From positions 1 to 62,580 of the forward strand of contig JAKSVK010000006.1 in assembly GCA_024408075.1 (NCBI GenBank): a stretch of DNA of 62,580 bases, given 5' to 3'. The position numbers and the translations under genes were made by a program. The stretch comes from Bacilli bacterium. GTDB lineage: Bacteria > Bacillota_I > Bacilli_A > RFN20 > CAG-826. Under the pieces are notes generated by a model, which made no database searches, had not been told where the DNA came from, and was given only the letters and a program-made list of their open reading frames with translations. Positions 37,932 through 49,264 of the stretch are shown here, piece by piece; the first letter of the stretch is position 1; each line of letters opens with the position of its first letter.

Positions 37932-39310
37932 TTTTTAATTGCATTGCCAAGGTCAATAATGGCTCTTGCATAGATTGCCATAGCCTTGAAAAGATCTTCC
38001 TTTTTAACAGATTCGCCAGGTGAATGCATATTACTTTCCCAACCAGGGAATTGCATACCAAAAGCTACTATATTTTTGCACTCTTTTGCATATGTTCCAC
38101 CACCAATTGCAAGTGGCTTAGATTTTAAATCGCCTGTTTCATCTCGATATGATTTTAAAAGAGTTGAAACTAATGTAGAACTCTTATCATAATATAATAA
38201 ATTTGCTTCAGCTATAACTTTTACATTAAATGGATGGTTAACCTTCTTTATCTTTTGTAATAAAGCAGATTTTTTACATGTATTTACGTATCTAAAGTTG
38301 ACTGTTAAGTTAAAAATACCATCGTTATAAGAGACTAATCCAACATTAGATGAATTGTGACCCATATCTTTACTAGTAGCATCACATCCGTATCCTGAAC
38401 CATCTAGTGGTTTATATAATGTAACTAATTTTTCAAGTGATGGATGCTTATAGAATTTTGCTAAAGCTTCAATTGCCATTAAGCCAGCATTTTTACCCAA
38501 TTTAGGTGTAGCACCATGAGCAGCTTTTCCAATAAAAGTAACTGTTGTAATATCATCTGCTGTATGAATAAGAGCTTCACTTCTAGAATAATTAGAAAGA
38601 ATAAAATCAATAAATTGATTATTTATTTCCATCTTAACGTCACATTTTTCAATAACTGAGTTACTAGCGACACCACCAGAAACAGAAATTAGTCCTTTTA
38701 ATTTACATTTTGCTTTAACTTCAAAATTAATAATTCCTTTTTCAGCAAAAATTAATGGGAAATCACTATCTGGGGAAAATCCTAGAGTTGGTTGTTCTTT
38801 TTTGAGGTCATTGAAATAATGTTCAACACCCATTGAACCTCTTTCTTCATTACCGCCAACTAAAAATCTAACTTGATAATCGCCAAGTAAGTTATTATCT
38901 TTTAATGCTTTTAAAGCGTAGTAAGAAGCAAGTAAAGGTCCTTTATCATCGGCGACACCTCTGCCATATAAAACATCTTTAACTTCAGTAACTGCAAAAG
39001 GTTCATTGTCCCATCCTGTACCTGCTGGAACTACGTCAGCGTGAGCAAGAATTGTTATATTCTTTTTACCACTTCCAACAATTGCCTCAACAATCATGTT
39101 ATCGTAATTTTTCACTGCAAATCCGTCATTTTTTGCAAGATTTTCAAAATATTGCAGAGCTTTTGATACACCAACACCGAAAGGATTTTTGGCATTTTTA
39201 GTGGTCTCATCATAAACCGAATTTATACTAACAAATTCACTTAATGATTTAAGTAAATCGTCTTTATATTTTTTTGTTAATGAAACATATTCACTTTTAG
39301 ACATAATCAT
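37928..39310 (-). CDS. pepV: M20 family dipeptidase PepV (Sapep)
   Basis: AHADVVP, YGRGVADDKGP, NEE, FSPDSDFP..EKG, GGGTYAK, MHSPGE; alternative start 39304. Confidence 0.9.
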   Translation of the reverse strand: MIMSKSEYVSLTKKYKDDLLKSLSEFVSINSVYDETTKNAKNPFGVGVSKALQYFENLAKNDGFAVKNYDNMIVEAIVGSGKKNITILAHADVVPAGTGWDNEPFAVTEVKDVLYGRGVADDKGPLLASYYALKALKDNNLLGDYQVRFLVGGNEERGSMGVEHYFNDLKKEQPTLGFSPDSDFPLIFAEKGIINFEVKAKCKLKGLISVSGGVASNSVIEKCDVKMEINNQFIDFILSNYSRSEALIHTADDITTVTFIGKAAHGATPKLGKNAGLMAIEALAKFYKHPSLEKLVTLYKPLDGSGYGCDATSKDMGHNSSNVGLVSYNDGIFNLTVNFRYVNTCKKSALLQKIKKVNHPFNVKVIAEANLLYYDKSSTLVSTLLKSYRDETGDLKSKPLAIGGGTYAKECKNIVAFGMQFPGWESNMHSPGESVKKEDLFKAMAIYARAIIDLGNAIKK

Positions 39311-40044
39311 TTTCTCCTTTTAGAAATAACTGATAAACCGTTCAATGTAAGATATTCGATTTCTTCATATTCGAAATCTAAATATTGTTTTATAAAATTG
39401 GCGTATCCACCAGTAAGAATCTTTTTACATTTAATTCCTAACTCATTTTCGAATCTTCTAACTAAACCATTAATTGCATCGCCATGAGAATAAATAACTG
39501 ATGCAATAACAACATCATTAGTGTGTTTACATTCTGTTAATTTTTTAGGTTTAGTAAGACTATATCTATCTAATAACGCAGTTGAATTGCTTAAAACAGA
39601 TAAAGATGATTCTAGTCCAGGAATTATTGCGCAATACGAAAATTGGTTGTTCTTATTTAAATAAAGCACTTTGCTTGCTGTGCCTAAATCAATAATTAAA
39701 GTATCTTTATTTTCTAAAGATGCACTAGCAACCAAATCACAAACTAAGTCACTTCCAAGTTCTTCAGGGTTTTCAATATTAATGTTCACTAAGTCTTGCG
39801 AAGAATGATCCACAAAACAAACTTTAATAGACTTTTCGTTAAAATAATCCTTAAGAATTTGTGAAACAGAAGGAACTACCGAAGAAACTAAAACTTCAGA
39901 AATTTTGTTGTCTTTTAAGTAATTCTCTAAGCTAGATGATAAGTCATTTTTGCTAATTTTTTTGCTCAATATAAAAGCAACTTTATTTAAAGACTCATCA
40001 AAAATTTTGGTTAATGTATTGCCAACGTCAATTAATAAATTCAT
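39307..40044 (-). CDS. coaX: Type III pantothenate kinase
   Basis: LLIDVGNT, SSVVP, ELGSD, IIDLGTA, IIPG, LTGG. Confidence 0.9.
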   Translation of the reverse strand: MNLLIDVGNTLTKIFDESLNKVAFILSKKISKNDLSSSLENYLKDNKISEVLVSSVVPSVSQILKDYFNEKSIKVCFVDHSSQDLVNINIENPEELGSDLVCDLVASASLENKDTLIIDLGTASKVLYLNKNNQFSYCAIIPGLESSLSVLSNSTALLDRYSLTKPKKLTECKHTNDVVIASVIYSHGDAINGLVRRFENELGIKCKKILTGGYANFIKQYLDFEYEEIEYLTLNGLSVISKRRK

Positions 40045-40045
40045 A

Positions 40046-42451
40046 TCAAATCGCCACTATATTTACAATTTTGTTCTTAACTACGATGACTTTTTTAATT
40101 TCTTTTCCTTCTAAATGTTTTTGAACATTTTCAAGTTTCATAGCTAATGCTTTTACTTCTTCATCATCGCTATCTTTCTTAACTTCTAATGTAGCTCTAA
40201 GTTTTCCGTTGACTGAAACAGCAATATTAACTTTATCTAAAACAATTTTGCTCTCATCAAAAGTTGGCCAAGGTTCATACATAATAATGTCCTTATGACC
40301 TAATTTTTCCCAAATTTCTTCGCCTAAGTGAGGAGCAATACAATCAAGCATTTTAATAAATCCTTCTAGGTAAGGAATATAAAGAGTATTTGCTTTATAA
40401 AATTCATTAGTCAAAACCATCAACTGTGAAATTGCTGTATTAAACTGTAAGTTTTCAAAATCATTAGTAACTTTTTTCACAGTAAAGTTATAGATATAAT
40501 CTAAACTTCCATCGTTCTGATCAGTAAATTTCTTAGTAAATTCTTCTTCAAAGAACAAACGATATACTCTATCTAAATATCTTTTTGCACCATCAAGTCC
40601 AGTATCACTCCATGGAAGTGAAGCTTCAAGAGGTCCCATAAACATTTCATATAATCTTAATGAGTCAGCGCCATAGGCATTAACAACATCATCAGGATTA
40701 ATTACATTGCCTCTTGATTTAGACATCTTCTCACCATTAGATCCAAGAATCATGCCTTGATGGAATAATTTTTTAAATGGTTCTTTACAAGAAACAACGC
40801 CTTTATCGTATAAGAATTTATGCCAGAAACGAGCATAAAGAAGATGCAAAACAGCATGCTCAGCACCACCGATATATAAATCTACTGGTAACCAGTGATC
40901 GAGAAGTTTTTTATCTCCAATTGCATTGTCGTTATGTGGATCAATGTAACGAATATAGTACCAACATGATCCAGCCCATTGAGGCATTGTGTTAGTTTCT
41001 CTTGTGGCATAGCTTCCATCATTTAATGTTACTTTTAACCATTTTTTAGCATGCACCAAAGGTGATTCGCCAGTTCCTGAAGGTTTATATTCTTCAAGTT
41101 CAGGTAAAACAAGTGGTAATTCACATTCCTTAACAGGCACTAATGTATTATCGTCTTTAATTAAAATTGGAATAGGTTCACCCCAATAACGTTGTCTTGA
41201 AAATAACCAATCACGTAATTTGTAATTAATTTGTCTAGAACCAGTTCCATCCTTAATTAATTTATTAATAATAACTTCTTTTGCTTCTTTGATATTTAAT
41301 CCATTAGCAATATCACTGTTAATATGTTTACTATCTCCAGTAAATGCTTCTTTTTCAATATCACCTTCTAATACTTGATGAATTGGTAAGTTGTATTTTT
41401 TAGCAAAAGCATAATCTCTATCATCATGAGCTGGGACAGCCATAACTGCACCTGTACCATAACTTGCAAGAACATAATCAGCAATAAAGATTGGAACTTC
41501 TTTTCCATTTATTGGATTAATTGCATATGCTCCAGTAAATACACCAGTTTTATCTTTATTTAATTCAGTTCTATCAAGATCAGACTTAGATTCGATTTCT
41601 TTAATATATTTTTCTACTTCAGGAAGTTGAGCCTTAGTAGTAATCTCTTTAACTAAAGGATGTTCAGGAGCAAGAACACAGTAAGAACAACCATAAAGAG
41701 TATCAACTCTAGTTGTAAAAACTTCAAAAGTACGATCTGCACCTTTTATCTTGAAGATAACTTTTGCGCCTTCACTTTTTCCAATCCAGTTTCTTTGCAT
41801 TTCTAGAGTTGAGTTAGGCCAATCAAGATCTCCTAAACCTTCAATTAATTTATCAGCATAGTTTGTTATTTTAAGTAACCATTGTCTCATTGGTTTTCTA
41901 ATAACAGGGAAACCACCGACTTCGCTCTTTCCATCAATAACTTCTTCGTTAGCTAAAACTGTTCCTAAAGTTGGACAGAAATTAACTGGACGGTAATCAA
42001 TATATGCTAAATCAGAATTGTATAATTGTAAGAAAATCCATTGTGTCCATTTATAATAACTTGGATCACTAGTAGCAATTTCTCTATCCCAGTCATAAGA
42101 AAAACCTAATGACTTAATTTGATGTCTAAAGTTATTAATATTTTGCTCAGTAACAATACTAGGATGAGTATTAGTTTTCATCGCATATTGCTCAGCAGGA
42201 AGTCCGAATGAATCCCATCCAATTGGATGAAGAACATTGAAACCTTGCATTCTTTTCATACGAGCCAAAATATCACTAGCTGTATAACCTTCAGGATGGC
42301 CTACATGTAAGCCTTGTCCACTAGGGTAAGGGAACATATCTAAGATATAGTACTTTGGTTTACTAAAATCATGAATATCACATGCAAAAGCCCGTTTATT
42401 TTCCCAAATTTTTTGCCATTTCTTTTCTATGTTTAAATAATCGTATCCCAT
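40046..42451 (-). CDS. leuS: Leucine--tRNA ligase
   Basis: [38 protein letters not shown]. Confidence 0.98.
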   Translation of the reverse strand: MGYDYLNIEKKWQKIWENKRAFACDIHDFSKPKYYILDMFPYPSGQGLHVGHPEGYTASDILARMKRMQGFNVLHPIGWDSFGLPAEQYAMKTNTHPSIVTEQNINNFRHQIKSLGFSYDWDREIATSDPSYYKWTQWIFLQLYNSDLAYIDYRPVNFCPTLGTVLANEEVIDGKSEVGGFPVIRKPMRQWLLKITNYADKLIEGLGDLDWPNSTLEMQRNWIGKSEGAKVIFKIKGADRTFEVFTTRVDTLYGCSYCVLAPEHPLVKEITTKAQLPEVEKYIKEIESKSDLDRTELNKDKTGVFTGAYAINPINGKEVPIFIADYVLASYGTGAVMAVPAHDDRDYAFAKKYNLPIHQVLEGDIEKEAFTGDSKHINSDIANGLNIKEAKEVIINKLIKDGTGSRQINYKLRDWLFSRQRYWGEPIPILIKDDNTLVPVKECELPLVLPELEEYKPSGTGESPLVHAKKWLKVTLNDGSYATRETNTMPQWAGSCWYYIRYIDPHNDNAIGDKKLLDHWLPVDLYIGGAEHAVLHLLYARFWHKFLYDKGVVSCKEPFKKLFHQGMILGSNGEKMSKSRGNVINPDDVVNAYGADSLRLYEMFMGPLEASLPWSDTGLDGAKRYLDRVYRLFFEEEFTKKFTDQNDGSLDYIYNFTVKKVTNDFENLQFNTAISQLMVLTNEFYKANTLYIPYLEGFIKMLDCIAPHLGEEIWEKLGHKDIIMYEPWPTFDESKIVLDKVNIAVSVNGKLRATLEVKKDSDDEEVKALAMKLENVQKHLEGKEIKKVIVVKNKIVNIVAI

Positions 42452-42460
42452 AATTTACTC

Positions 42461-43885
42461 CTAAATATTGATAATTGATTTATACAGCATTTCATATTCT
42501 TGTGCTGATTTTTGCCATGAATGATCAGTCATTAAAGCATTGATAACAAGTCGATTAAATTCCTTTTTCTTTTCATAGAAAATATCAAGCGCATAGTTGA
42601 TAGTTCCATGCATTGCTTCAAGGGAATAAAAATCAAAAGCGATTCCATTAGCTGATGATAAATTTGTTCCGTCAAATCCAATAACAGAATCTTTTAATCC
42701 ACCAACTCTTCTAACAAGTGGAAGAGCGCCATATCTTTGTGCAATCATCTGTCCTAAACCACAAGGTTCAAAAAGTGAAGGCATTAAAAAGAAATCAGAA
42801 CCTGCATAAATTAAATGAGCAAGCTCATCATTATATCCAATATAAACTGCTACTTGTGTAGGGAAACGACTATGAAGTTCGTTCATCATTGCTTCATATC
42901 TTTGCTCTCCACTACCAAGGATAACTACATTTGCTCCACGACTCACGAGTAAAGCAATAGAGCCAAAAATTAAATCCATTCCTTTTTGCCAAGTAACTCT
43001 AGTAACTACTCCAAAAGTTGGAGCATTTTCATTGCTGAGTCCTAACTTTTTACAAAGTAATTTTTTATTCTCAATTTTATTTTTAATACTACTACTATCG
43101 TAATTTGAAGTTATGTATTTATCTGTTTTTGGATTAAATCCATCAACATCAATTCCGTTTAAAATTCCGGTAAAATCAAATTCTCTCATTCTTAAAGGAC
43201 CATCAAGTCCGTTAGAACTTTCATTGTTAAGAAGTTCATTTCTATTGGTTGGTGAAACTGCAACAATTTTATCGCAATAATGAATTGCAGCTCTTAAAGT
43301 AGAAACTCGATCAAATAATTTGACGTTTCCATTATAAAAAATATCTGTTGGTAAATTATATAAATTACCAAGAGCGTCTTTGTCTAAATATCCTAAAAAT
43401 GCTGAGTTATGAATTGTTAAAACAAACTTAGTATTTTTATAAAATTCTAATTTATTTTCTTTAATTAAAGCTGGTAACATTCCAACTTGCCAATCATGAA
43501 TGTGAATAATATCAGGAACAAGCTTAATTGCTTCCATTGCTTTTACTACGGCTTGAGTAAATAAGGCAAATCTTTCACCATCATCATCAAACCCATATAT
43601 TCCTTCACGTTCAAAATAATGCCTATTTTCTATAAAATAGAAATTAATACCATTATTTTTCTCGTAAAACACATTGCATTGTTCATGTCTCCAAGATAAA
43701 TGGACATCAACATTTCCAACTAATTTTGGATCTGAAAGTTTATTTTTTATCGTTGAATATAGAGGTAAAAAAATAGCAACTTCGTTATCTTTAGCTAGTT
43801 GTTTTGAAAGTGAATATGTAACATCACCTAACCCGCCAGTTTTAACATATGGATAAGCTTCACTACAAACGTTTACTATTTTCAT
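42461..43885 (-). CDS. glgA: Glycogen synthase
   Basis: KTGGLGDV, HIHDWQ, TIHN, QKG, PSLFEPCGLGQM, VGGLKDSV. Confidence 0.96.
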   Translation of the reverse strand: MKIVNVCSEAYPYVKTGGLGDVTYSLSKQLAKDNEVAIFLPLYSTIKNKLSDPKLVGNVDVHLSWRHEQCNVFYEKNNGINFYFIENRHYFEREGIYGFDDDGERFALFTQAVVKAMEAIKLVPDIIHIHDWQVGMLPALIKENKLEFYKNTKFVLTIHNSAFLGYLDKDALGNLYNLPTDIFYNGNVKLFDRVSTLRAAIHYCDKIVAVSPTNRNELLNNESSNGLDGPLRMREFDFTGILNGIDVDGFNPKTDKYITSNYDSSSIKNKIENKKLLCKKLGLSNENAPTFGVVTRVTWQKGMDLIFGSIALLVSRGANVVILGSGEQRYEAMMNELHSRFPTQVAVYIGYNDELAHLIYAGSDFFLMPSLFEPCGLGQMIAQRYGALPLVRRVGGLKDSVIGFDGTNLSSANGIAFDFYSLEAMHGTINYALDIFYEKKKEFNRLVINALMTDHSWQKSAQEYEMLYKSIINI

Positions 43886-45000
43886 TTGATTTTCTCTCCA
43901 AAATTAATCTCAAAAAATTTGTCCTGTTTGCCAGAAATACTCTTGTACTCACCAACAAAACATTTTTTATCAGCAACAACATATTTTAGTTGACTACGAT
44001 GTCCAACTTTACCTCCAGTGAAAATAATAGAATTGGACACAACTGCTCCTTCTTCTATTACAACATCTCTAGAAAGAATGGAATTGGTAACAGTACCATT
44101 AATAATGCTTCCGTTAGCAATAAAACAGTTTCTAACATTAGCATTTTCTCCATATCTTGCTGGTGGAGCATTATGGTTAGTAGAATAAATAGGCCAATCA
44201 TCTAAGAAAAGTTGTGACCTACTATGATAATTTAATAACTCAAAAGAGTAATTAATATAATTCTTTAATGAAGTTATAGGAATGAAGTATCCTTCAAACT
44301 TAATTCCATGAACATTCATTAATTTTTTGTTAATAATTTTTGCAATAATCTCATCAAGCGTTATTGATTTTCTTTGATGATTACTAAGGACAATTAAATC
44401 AATTAATGCTTTCCTTGAAATAATGTATGATTCTAAAGAAAGTTTGACGTTTTTATTCTTAAGATTGTTTTTTTCAGTTCGAATAATTTGATCATTTTGA
44501 CCTAAACTCAAAGAACTTAATCCAGCATATTGCTCTCCATTAGAGTGAATTTCAGAATAAACAACACTTATATCAGCTTTCGATGAAGTATGCTCGACGA
44601 TATATGGTCTATAATCCATGCTGCACACTATGTGAGAAGGAGCAATTACGACATAATCAAAATCAAATTTATCAATCTCAAGGTTTCTTTTTATATTAGC
44701 TAAGTCAGTATTTTTCTTATCTTTACCAACCATTTGTTCATTAATTAATAAGGAAACAAATCCTAATTTTGTGTTATTTAAATAAATAACACCACCTTTA
44801 ATATGACTTCTTATAGCAAGTAAACCATTCTTAACTAAAATAAAGGTTTTATCAATTTGAGAATTAGAAAAATTGCTAAGTGCGAAATCCATAATTCCAT
44901 ATCTTCCAAGGAAAGTAACCGCACCTAAAGGACGTTGGTTTGTTAATGTACCAAGTTCAGGATCTTTATGTAAATTACAAATCGCAATTACCTTTTTCAT
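43882..45000 (-). CDS. glgD: Glucose-1-phosphate adenylyltransferase subunit GlgD
   Basis: LT..RPLGAVTFLGRYGIMDFALSN, degenerate GlgC fold with beta-helix; located between glgC and glgA. Confidence 0.88.
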   Translation of the reverse strand: MKKVIAICNLHKDPELGTLTNQRPLGAVTFLGRYGIMDFALSNFSNSQIDKTFILVKNGLLAIRSHIKGGVIYLNNTKLGFVSLLINEQMVGKDKKNTDLANIKRNLEIDKFDFDYVVIAPSHIVCSMDYRPYIVEHTSSKADISVVYSEIHSNGEQYAGLSSLSLGQNDQIIRTEKNNLKNKNVKLSLESYIISRKALIDLIVLSNHQRKSITLDEIIAKIINKKLMNVHGIKFEGYFIPITSLKNYINYSFELLNYHSRSQLFLDDWPIYSTNHNAPPARYGENANVRNCFIANGSIINGTVTNSILSRDVVIEEGAVVSNSIIFTGGKVGHRSQLKYVVADKKCFVGEYKSISGKQDKFFEINFGEKIK

Positions 45001-45002
45001 CG

Positions 45003-46124
45003 TTACCTCTTGTTAACAAGAACAATTTCTTTCTTGTGCAAATTTATATGTTCGTTTTCTTCAATAATGCTATTTGGAGCGATGATAGCGTTTTCAATTT
45101 TAGCGCCTTTTTTAATAATGCAGTTTTCCATAATGACAGCTTTTTTACAAGATGCATGATTCTCAATAATTACTCCACTTGAAATAACGCATGAATCAAC
45201 ACTGCCTAAAATTATTGCTCCAGTTGCGGCAATTGAATTTTTAATTGAAGCATTTTTTCCAATATATTGAGGAACATTTAAAACATCTTTAGAATAAATT
45301 CTAAGAAGTGGGTCTCTATCAAATAAATCTAGATTGCTTCTATTTAAACAAACATCCATATTTGCTTCGTGAAGCGAAGTTAATGTACCAACATCTCTCC
45401 AATAACCAGAAAATCTATATGCTTGAAGAATTCTTTTATCTTTAAGCATTGTAGGAATAATATTTTTGCCAAAATCATGATCAGATTTTTCGTTTTTATC
45501 ATCTCTTAACAAGTATTTTTTAAGAGTCTTCCAAGTAAAGACATAGACGCCCATAGAAGCTAGATTACTTTTTGGTTGTTTTGGTTTCTCCTGGAAATCA
45601 ACAATTTGATCATTTTCGTCTACTGCCATAATACCAAAACGAGATGCTTCTTTTGGGTCAACTTCAATAACTGAAATCGTAGCATCTGCTTTTGATTTAA
45701 TATGTAAAGAAATCATATCTTGATATGAAGTTCTATATATATGATCACCAGAAAGAATGACAACATATTCTGCGCCTTCACTATCTAAAAAGTCAATATT
45801 TTGTGTGATGGCATCAGCTGTTCCTTTATACCAATTTGCACCACTTTCAGTTTGTCTTGGAGCAAGAGACGACATTAAAGAATGGACACCATTTAATCCC
45901 CATTTTTCTCCATTACCTATGTATTCATCAAGTTCGGTTGATTCATATTGAGTTAAAACACCAACAGTATTAATGCCTGAGTTAGCACAATTTGAAAGTG
46001 GAAAATCAATAATTCTATATTTTGCCGCAAATGAAACTGCTGGTTTTGCAGTCTTTCTTGTCAAAGATTCAAGACGAGTGCCTTTTCCTCCAGCTAGTAC
46101 CATCGCAACAACTTTTTGTTCCAT
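45003..46124 (-). CDS. glgC: Glucose-1-phosphate adenylyltransferase
   Basis: LAGGKGTRL, AKPAV, WYKGTADA, LSGDHIY, EKP, DFGKNIIP, YWRDVGT. Confidence 0.96.
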   Translation of the reverse strand: MEQKVVAMVLAGGKGTRLESLTRKTAKPAVSFAAKYRIIDFPLSNCANSGINTVGVLTQYESTELDEYIGNGEKWGLNGVHSLMSSLAPRQTESGANWYKGTADAITQNIDFLDSEGAEYVVILSGDHIYRTSYQDMISLHIKSKADATISVIEVDPKEASRFGIMAVDENDQIVDFQEKPKQPKSNLASMGVYVFTWKTLKKYLLRDDKNEKSDHDFGKNIIPTMLKDKRILQAYRFSGYWRDVGTLTSLHEANMDVCLNRSNLDLFDRDPLLRIYSKDVLNVPQYIGKNASIKNSIAATGAIILGSVDSCVISSGVIIENHASCKKAVIMENCIIKKGAKIENAIIAPNSIIEENEHINLHKKEIVLVNKR

Positions 46125-46302
46125 ACTTTGTATTCCTGCTCTATCTTAATCCATTTTATATAACTAATAAACAAATAAATTTATTTATTAAATCACCGAA
46201 ATAATAATTCGCATAATAACATGACGTCTCAAAACTAATAAAGTAGGTTATTTTAATTATTATCACTTTATCAAAATTTCAACTTGTTTTATAATGATTG
46301 AC

Positions 46303-46767
46303 ATGAAGTTAAAAGTTAAACCTTGGAGAATCATTTGGAGATTCCTAATTGTTCTTGCAGTAATACTTGCAATTGTGTTTTCCTCAACAATTAGTGTCTT
46401 TTATGATTTTGCAAACGGTGAATTTTATCCTTGGAAATCAACACAGACAATCATTGTAGTAGCGATGGTAGTTTTAGCTGTTGTTGCTTTTATTCCAAGC
46501 ATAACTGCATCTTATTATGTGTGTGAAAATTCTTATTTTTTACAAGTAAAATATGGAAGAGAATATCAATTTGATTATAAAAATATTGAGTTTATCGATT
46601 TTGAAAAAAGTGAGAAAAAAGATATGGTTATTTTTTATACCAGATCTTCAAAAATGAGATATCTCCTTGCTGATGAAAATGGAATACTACTTAAAACTCT
46701 TAAAAAGAAGTGCGATAATCTCATGGATAAAGATGAATTTTACCGAGTTCATCCAGAAGAAAGATAA
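46303..46767 (+). CDS. Hypothetical membrane protein (2 TM plus small soluble domain)
   Basis: Two hydrophobic helices; the ATG at 46294 overlaps a TATAAT, so 46303 is preferred. Confidence 0.65.
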   Translation: MKLKVKPWRIIWRFLIVLAVILAIVFSSTISVFYDFANGEFYPWKSTQTIIVVAMVVLAVVAFIPSITASYYVCENSYFLQVKYGREYQFDYKNIEFIDFEKSEKKDMVIFYTRSSKMRYLLADENGILLKTLKKKCDNLMDKDEFYRVHPEER

Positions 46768-46775
46768 CTTAGTTA

Positions 46776-46804
46776 TTGAATACTTGTTTATCTTATGTTA
46801 AGAT
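46776..46804 (+). promoter_or_regulatory. Putative promoter of rpmB
   Basis: TTGAAT-17 nt-TAAGAT with TGn extension. Confidence 0.55.
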
Positions 46805-46831
46805 ACCCAAGAAATTTGAGGAGGATACGTT

Positions 46832-47023
46832 ATGTCAAGAGTATGTCCAGTCACAGGAAAAGGACCAGTCAGTGGTAATAATCGTTCACATTCTTTAAGA
46901 GCAACTCGTAGAAAATGGAACACAAATCTTCAATCTCATACAGTTATCGTTGATGGAAAGCCTACACGTGTTCGTATGTCAAACCGTGCTTACAAAACCC
47001 TCAACAAAGCTAATAAAGATTAA
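46832..47023 (+). CDS. rpmB: 50S ribosomal protein L28
   Basis: [27 protein letters not shown]; GGAGG RBS. Confidence 0.97.
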   Translation: MSRVCPVTGKGPVSGNNRSHSLRATRRKWNTNLQSHTVIVDGKPTRVRMSNRAYKTLNKANKD

Positions 47024-47038
47024 TTAAACTAACTGATT

Positions 47039-47070
47039 AAAAAACAAGATCGTGAAGGTCTTGTTTTTTT
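47039..47070. terminator. Bidirectional terminator after rpmB
   Basis: AAAAAACAAGATC-GTGAA-GGTCTTGTTTTTT. Confidence 0.85.
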
Positions 47071-47707
47071 ATATCATAGATATAACTATAAACGAAACTT
47101 GAGATAATAAGAATATAAATATCGTTAGCCATTCTGTTCTTGCTAATTGGAAAGTTTTAGGTCTAACACTTATTCCTTTTTCATCTTTTACATAATCTAA
47201 ATCTAATAATCTTGGATTTAACACATAAATCAAACTAACTATCACAATTGCTAAATCTATAATAATAGGGATTAACATTATCAAGTTTTTATCTATTGAA
47301 TAAATTCTAAAGTCATTTACTAAATTAAAAGAACTTAACGCAATAGTCCCAATAACAAATAAAAACGCACAAGTATAATGTTCTTTTAATTTTGATAAAG
47401 GAATAAATAAAATTGCAATAAAACAACAAATAATTAAGGCAGCTAAAATAGCTTGAATCATACGTGAGACTTCAAACCCATTAACAGATGCAGCATTAAT
47501 AATAAAATTAGAAAAATAGCAAGCTCCAGAAGCAAAAGCAAAAACATTAATTAGCATGTTTCTTGGATGTTGAACGGACCATACTTCAAAAGGAAAAACA
47601 TTAGAAAAATTAAGATTTGTATTAGTGAATTTCTTATAAATAAATTTAGATAAGAATATATAAATAACTAAAAATAATATAGAACAAACCGCTAAAGCTA
47701 TTTGCAT
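47069..47707 (-). CDS. Hypothetical multi-pass membrane protein
   Basis: About six hydrophobic segments; 3 nt downstream of rpe. Confidence 0.7.
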   Translation of the reverse strand: MQIALAVCSILFLVIYIFLSKFIYKKFTNTNLNFSNVFPFEVWSVQHPRNMLINVFAFASGACYFSNFIINAASVNGFEVSRMIQAILAALIICCFIAILFIPLSKLKEHYTCAFLFVIGTIALSSFNLVNDFRIYSIDKNLIMLIPIIIDLAIVIVSLIYVLNPRLLDLDYVKDEKGISVRPKTFQLARTEWLTIFIFLLSQVSFIVISMI

Positions 47708-47710
47708 GAT

Positions 47711-48370
47711 TTATCTCAAACTATCAATTCTTTCTTTTATATCATCGTGACCAAAGATATAACTTCCAGCCACTAAAACATCGACACCAGCAAGACGGGC
47801 TAATTTGCCTGTCTCTTTGTTAATGCCACCATCAATTTCGATAATAACATTTTTAACTTCGTTGATTTGCATATAATCTTTAAGTTCAACTACCTTATTA
47901 AGCATATCAGGCATAAATGATTGTCCACCAAAACCAGGCTCAACAGACATAACCAAAACAAGATCGAGCGAATATAAAAATGGGAATATTTTAGAAATAG
48001 GTGTATCTGGTTTAACAGAAATGCCTGCTTTTGCACCACATTCATGGATTAAATCGATGACCCGAAACACTTCTTTATCATCACGGCACGCTTCGTAATG
48101 GAAGGTTAAAATTTCAGCACCAGCTTTGATAAATTCAGGTGCATACTTATAAGGATCAGAAATCATGATATGCACATCATTAACCATGTGATGAGAATGA
48201 GCAATATTCTTTAAAACTGGCTGTCCAAAAGAAATATTAGGAACAAAATGGCCATCCATTACATCAAAATGAAGCCATTCCGCACCAGCTTTTTCAACAC
48301 TCTCAATATCAGCAAATAAATGATTAAAATTTGCACTTAAGATTGAAGGAGCAACGATTGTCTTGTTCAT
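47711..48370 (-). CDS. rpe: Ribulose-phosphate 3-epimerase
   Basis: VAPSILSA, HFDVMDGHFVPN, MSVEPGFGGQ, IDGGI, VAGS. Confidence 0.97.
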   Translation of the reverse strand: MNKTIVAPSILSANFNHLFADIESVEKAGAEWLHFDVMDGHFVPNISFGQPVLKNIAHSHHMVNDVHIMISDPYKYAPEFIKAGAEILTFHYEACRDDKEVFRVIDLIHECGAKAGISVKPDTPISKIFPFLYSLDLVLVMSVEPGFGGQSFMPDMLNKVVELKDYMQINEVKNVIIEIDGGINKETGKLARLAGVDVLVAGSYIFGHDDIKERIDSLR

Positions 48371-48400
48371 AATAATACCCTCTATATTCTATACCAACTA

Positions 48401-49264
48401 TTATCTATTATGAAATAGCCTTGAGAACATTCCTTTCTGATTATCCTTATTTTTACTTTTGATTTCTAATAAATCATCTAACATCTCATCAACACTTTGG
48501 TAACGTTCTTTCTTGTTCTTACAAGTAGCTTTTCTGATAATCTTATCAAGCTGTTTAGAATGCTTAATATTGCCGATATCGGAAATAGATTGAATTTCTT
48601 CAGTCAAATGAGCTTTCATTTCCTCATGAGAATTACATTTCATAAATGGGGTTTTCCCAGTTACAAATTCAAATAAAATAATACCAAGTGAATAAATATC
48701 AGACTGTTTTGTGTATGTTTTACTTAAAATAACATCTGGGTCTAAATATTGCGCACTACCAAATAAATGAGTTTTTGCAGGTTCTAAACATCTTGTAGCA
48801 ATACCAAAATCCACTACTTTAATGATTCCATCATGAAGTAGCATAAGATTATCAGGTTTTAAATCATTATGAGTTATTTCATGACTATGAATTAATCTAA
48901 CAGTAGAAGCAATTTGAATCATATAATCAATTGCTTCATCACTATCAAACGATCCTCTCTCATCAAGTACTTCTTTCATGGTTTTACCATTCAAAATCTC
49001 ATATGTCATATAAGGTCTAGCATCAATAGAACCAACATTAAATATTTTAAAAACGTGAGCATCATTGAATGCGGATGCTAATCTAACTTCGTTTTTAAAA
49101 GATTCAACATTTTCGAAATTGGTAGTAGCCTCTTTTAATATTTTCATAGCTACTGTTCGACGAGTAAATGTATCATGGCATTCATAAATCTCTGCCATAC
49201 CGCCAACAGCAATCATTTTTGTGACGATATATCTGGAATCTAAAAGCTTATTAAAAGGGAGCAT
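48401..49264 (-). CDS. prkC: Ser/Thr protein kinase, PrkC/PknB-like, kinase domain only
   Basis: GGMAEIY, VAMK, HNDLKPDN, DFGIA, SDIYSLGI; follows prpC; no TM or PASTA. Confidence 0.85.
   Translation of the reverse strand: MLPFNKLLDSRYIVTKMIAVGGMAEIYECHDTFTRRTVAMKILKEATTNFENVESFKNEVRLASAFNDAHVFKIFNVGSIDARPYMTYEILNGKTMKEVLDERGSFDSDEAIDYMIQIASTVRLIHSHEITHNDLKPDNLMLLHDGIIKVVDFGIATRCLEPAKTHLFGSAQYLDPDVILSKTYTKQSDIYSLGIILFEFVTGKTPFMKCNSHEEMKAHLTEEIQSISDIGNIKHSKQLDKIIRKATCKNKKERYQSVDEMLDDLLEIKSKNKDNQKGMFSRLFHNR

Noticed and set aside
40046-40048. Mycoplasma genetic code (TGA=Trp)
   Set aside because: TGA ends leuS, iscS, glgD, rsmB and pfp at their expected C-termini, and the long ORFs are intact under code 11
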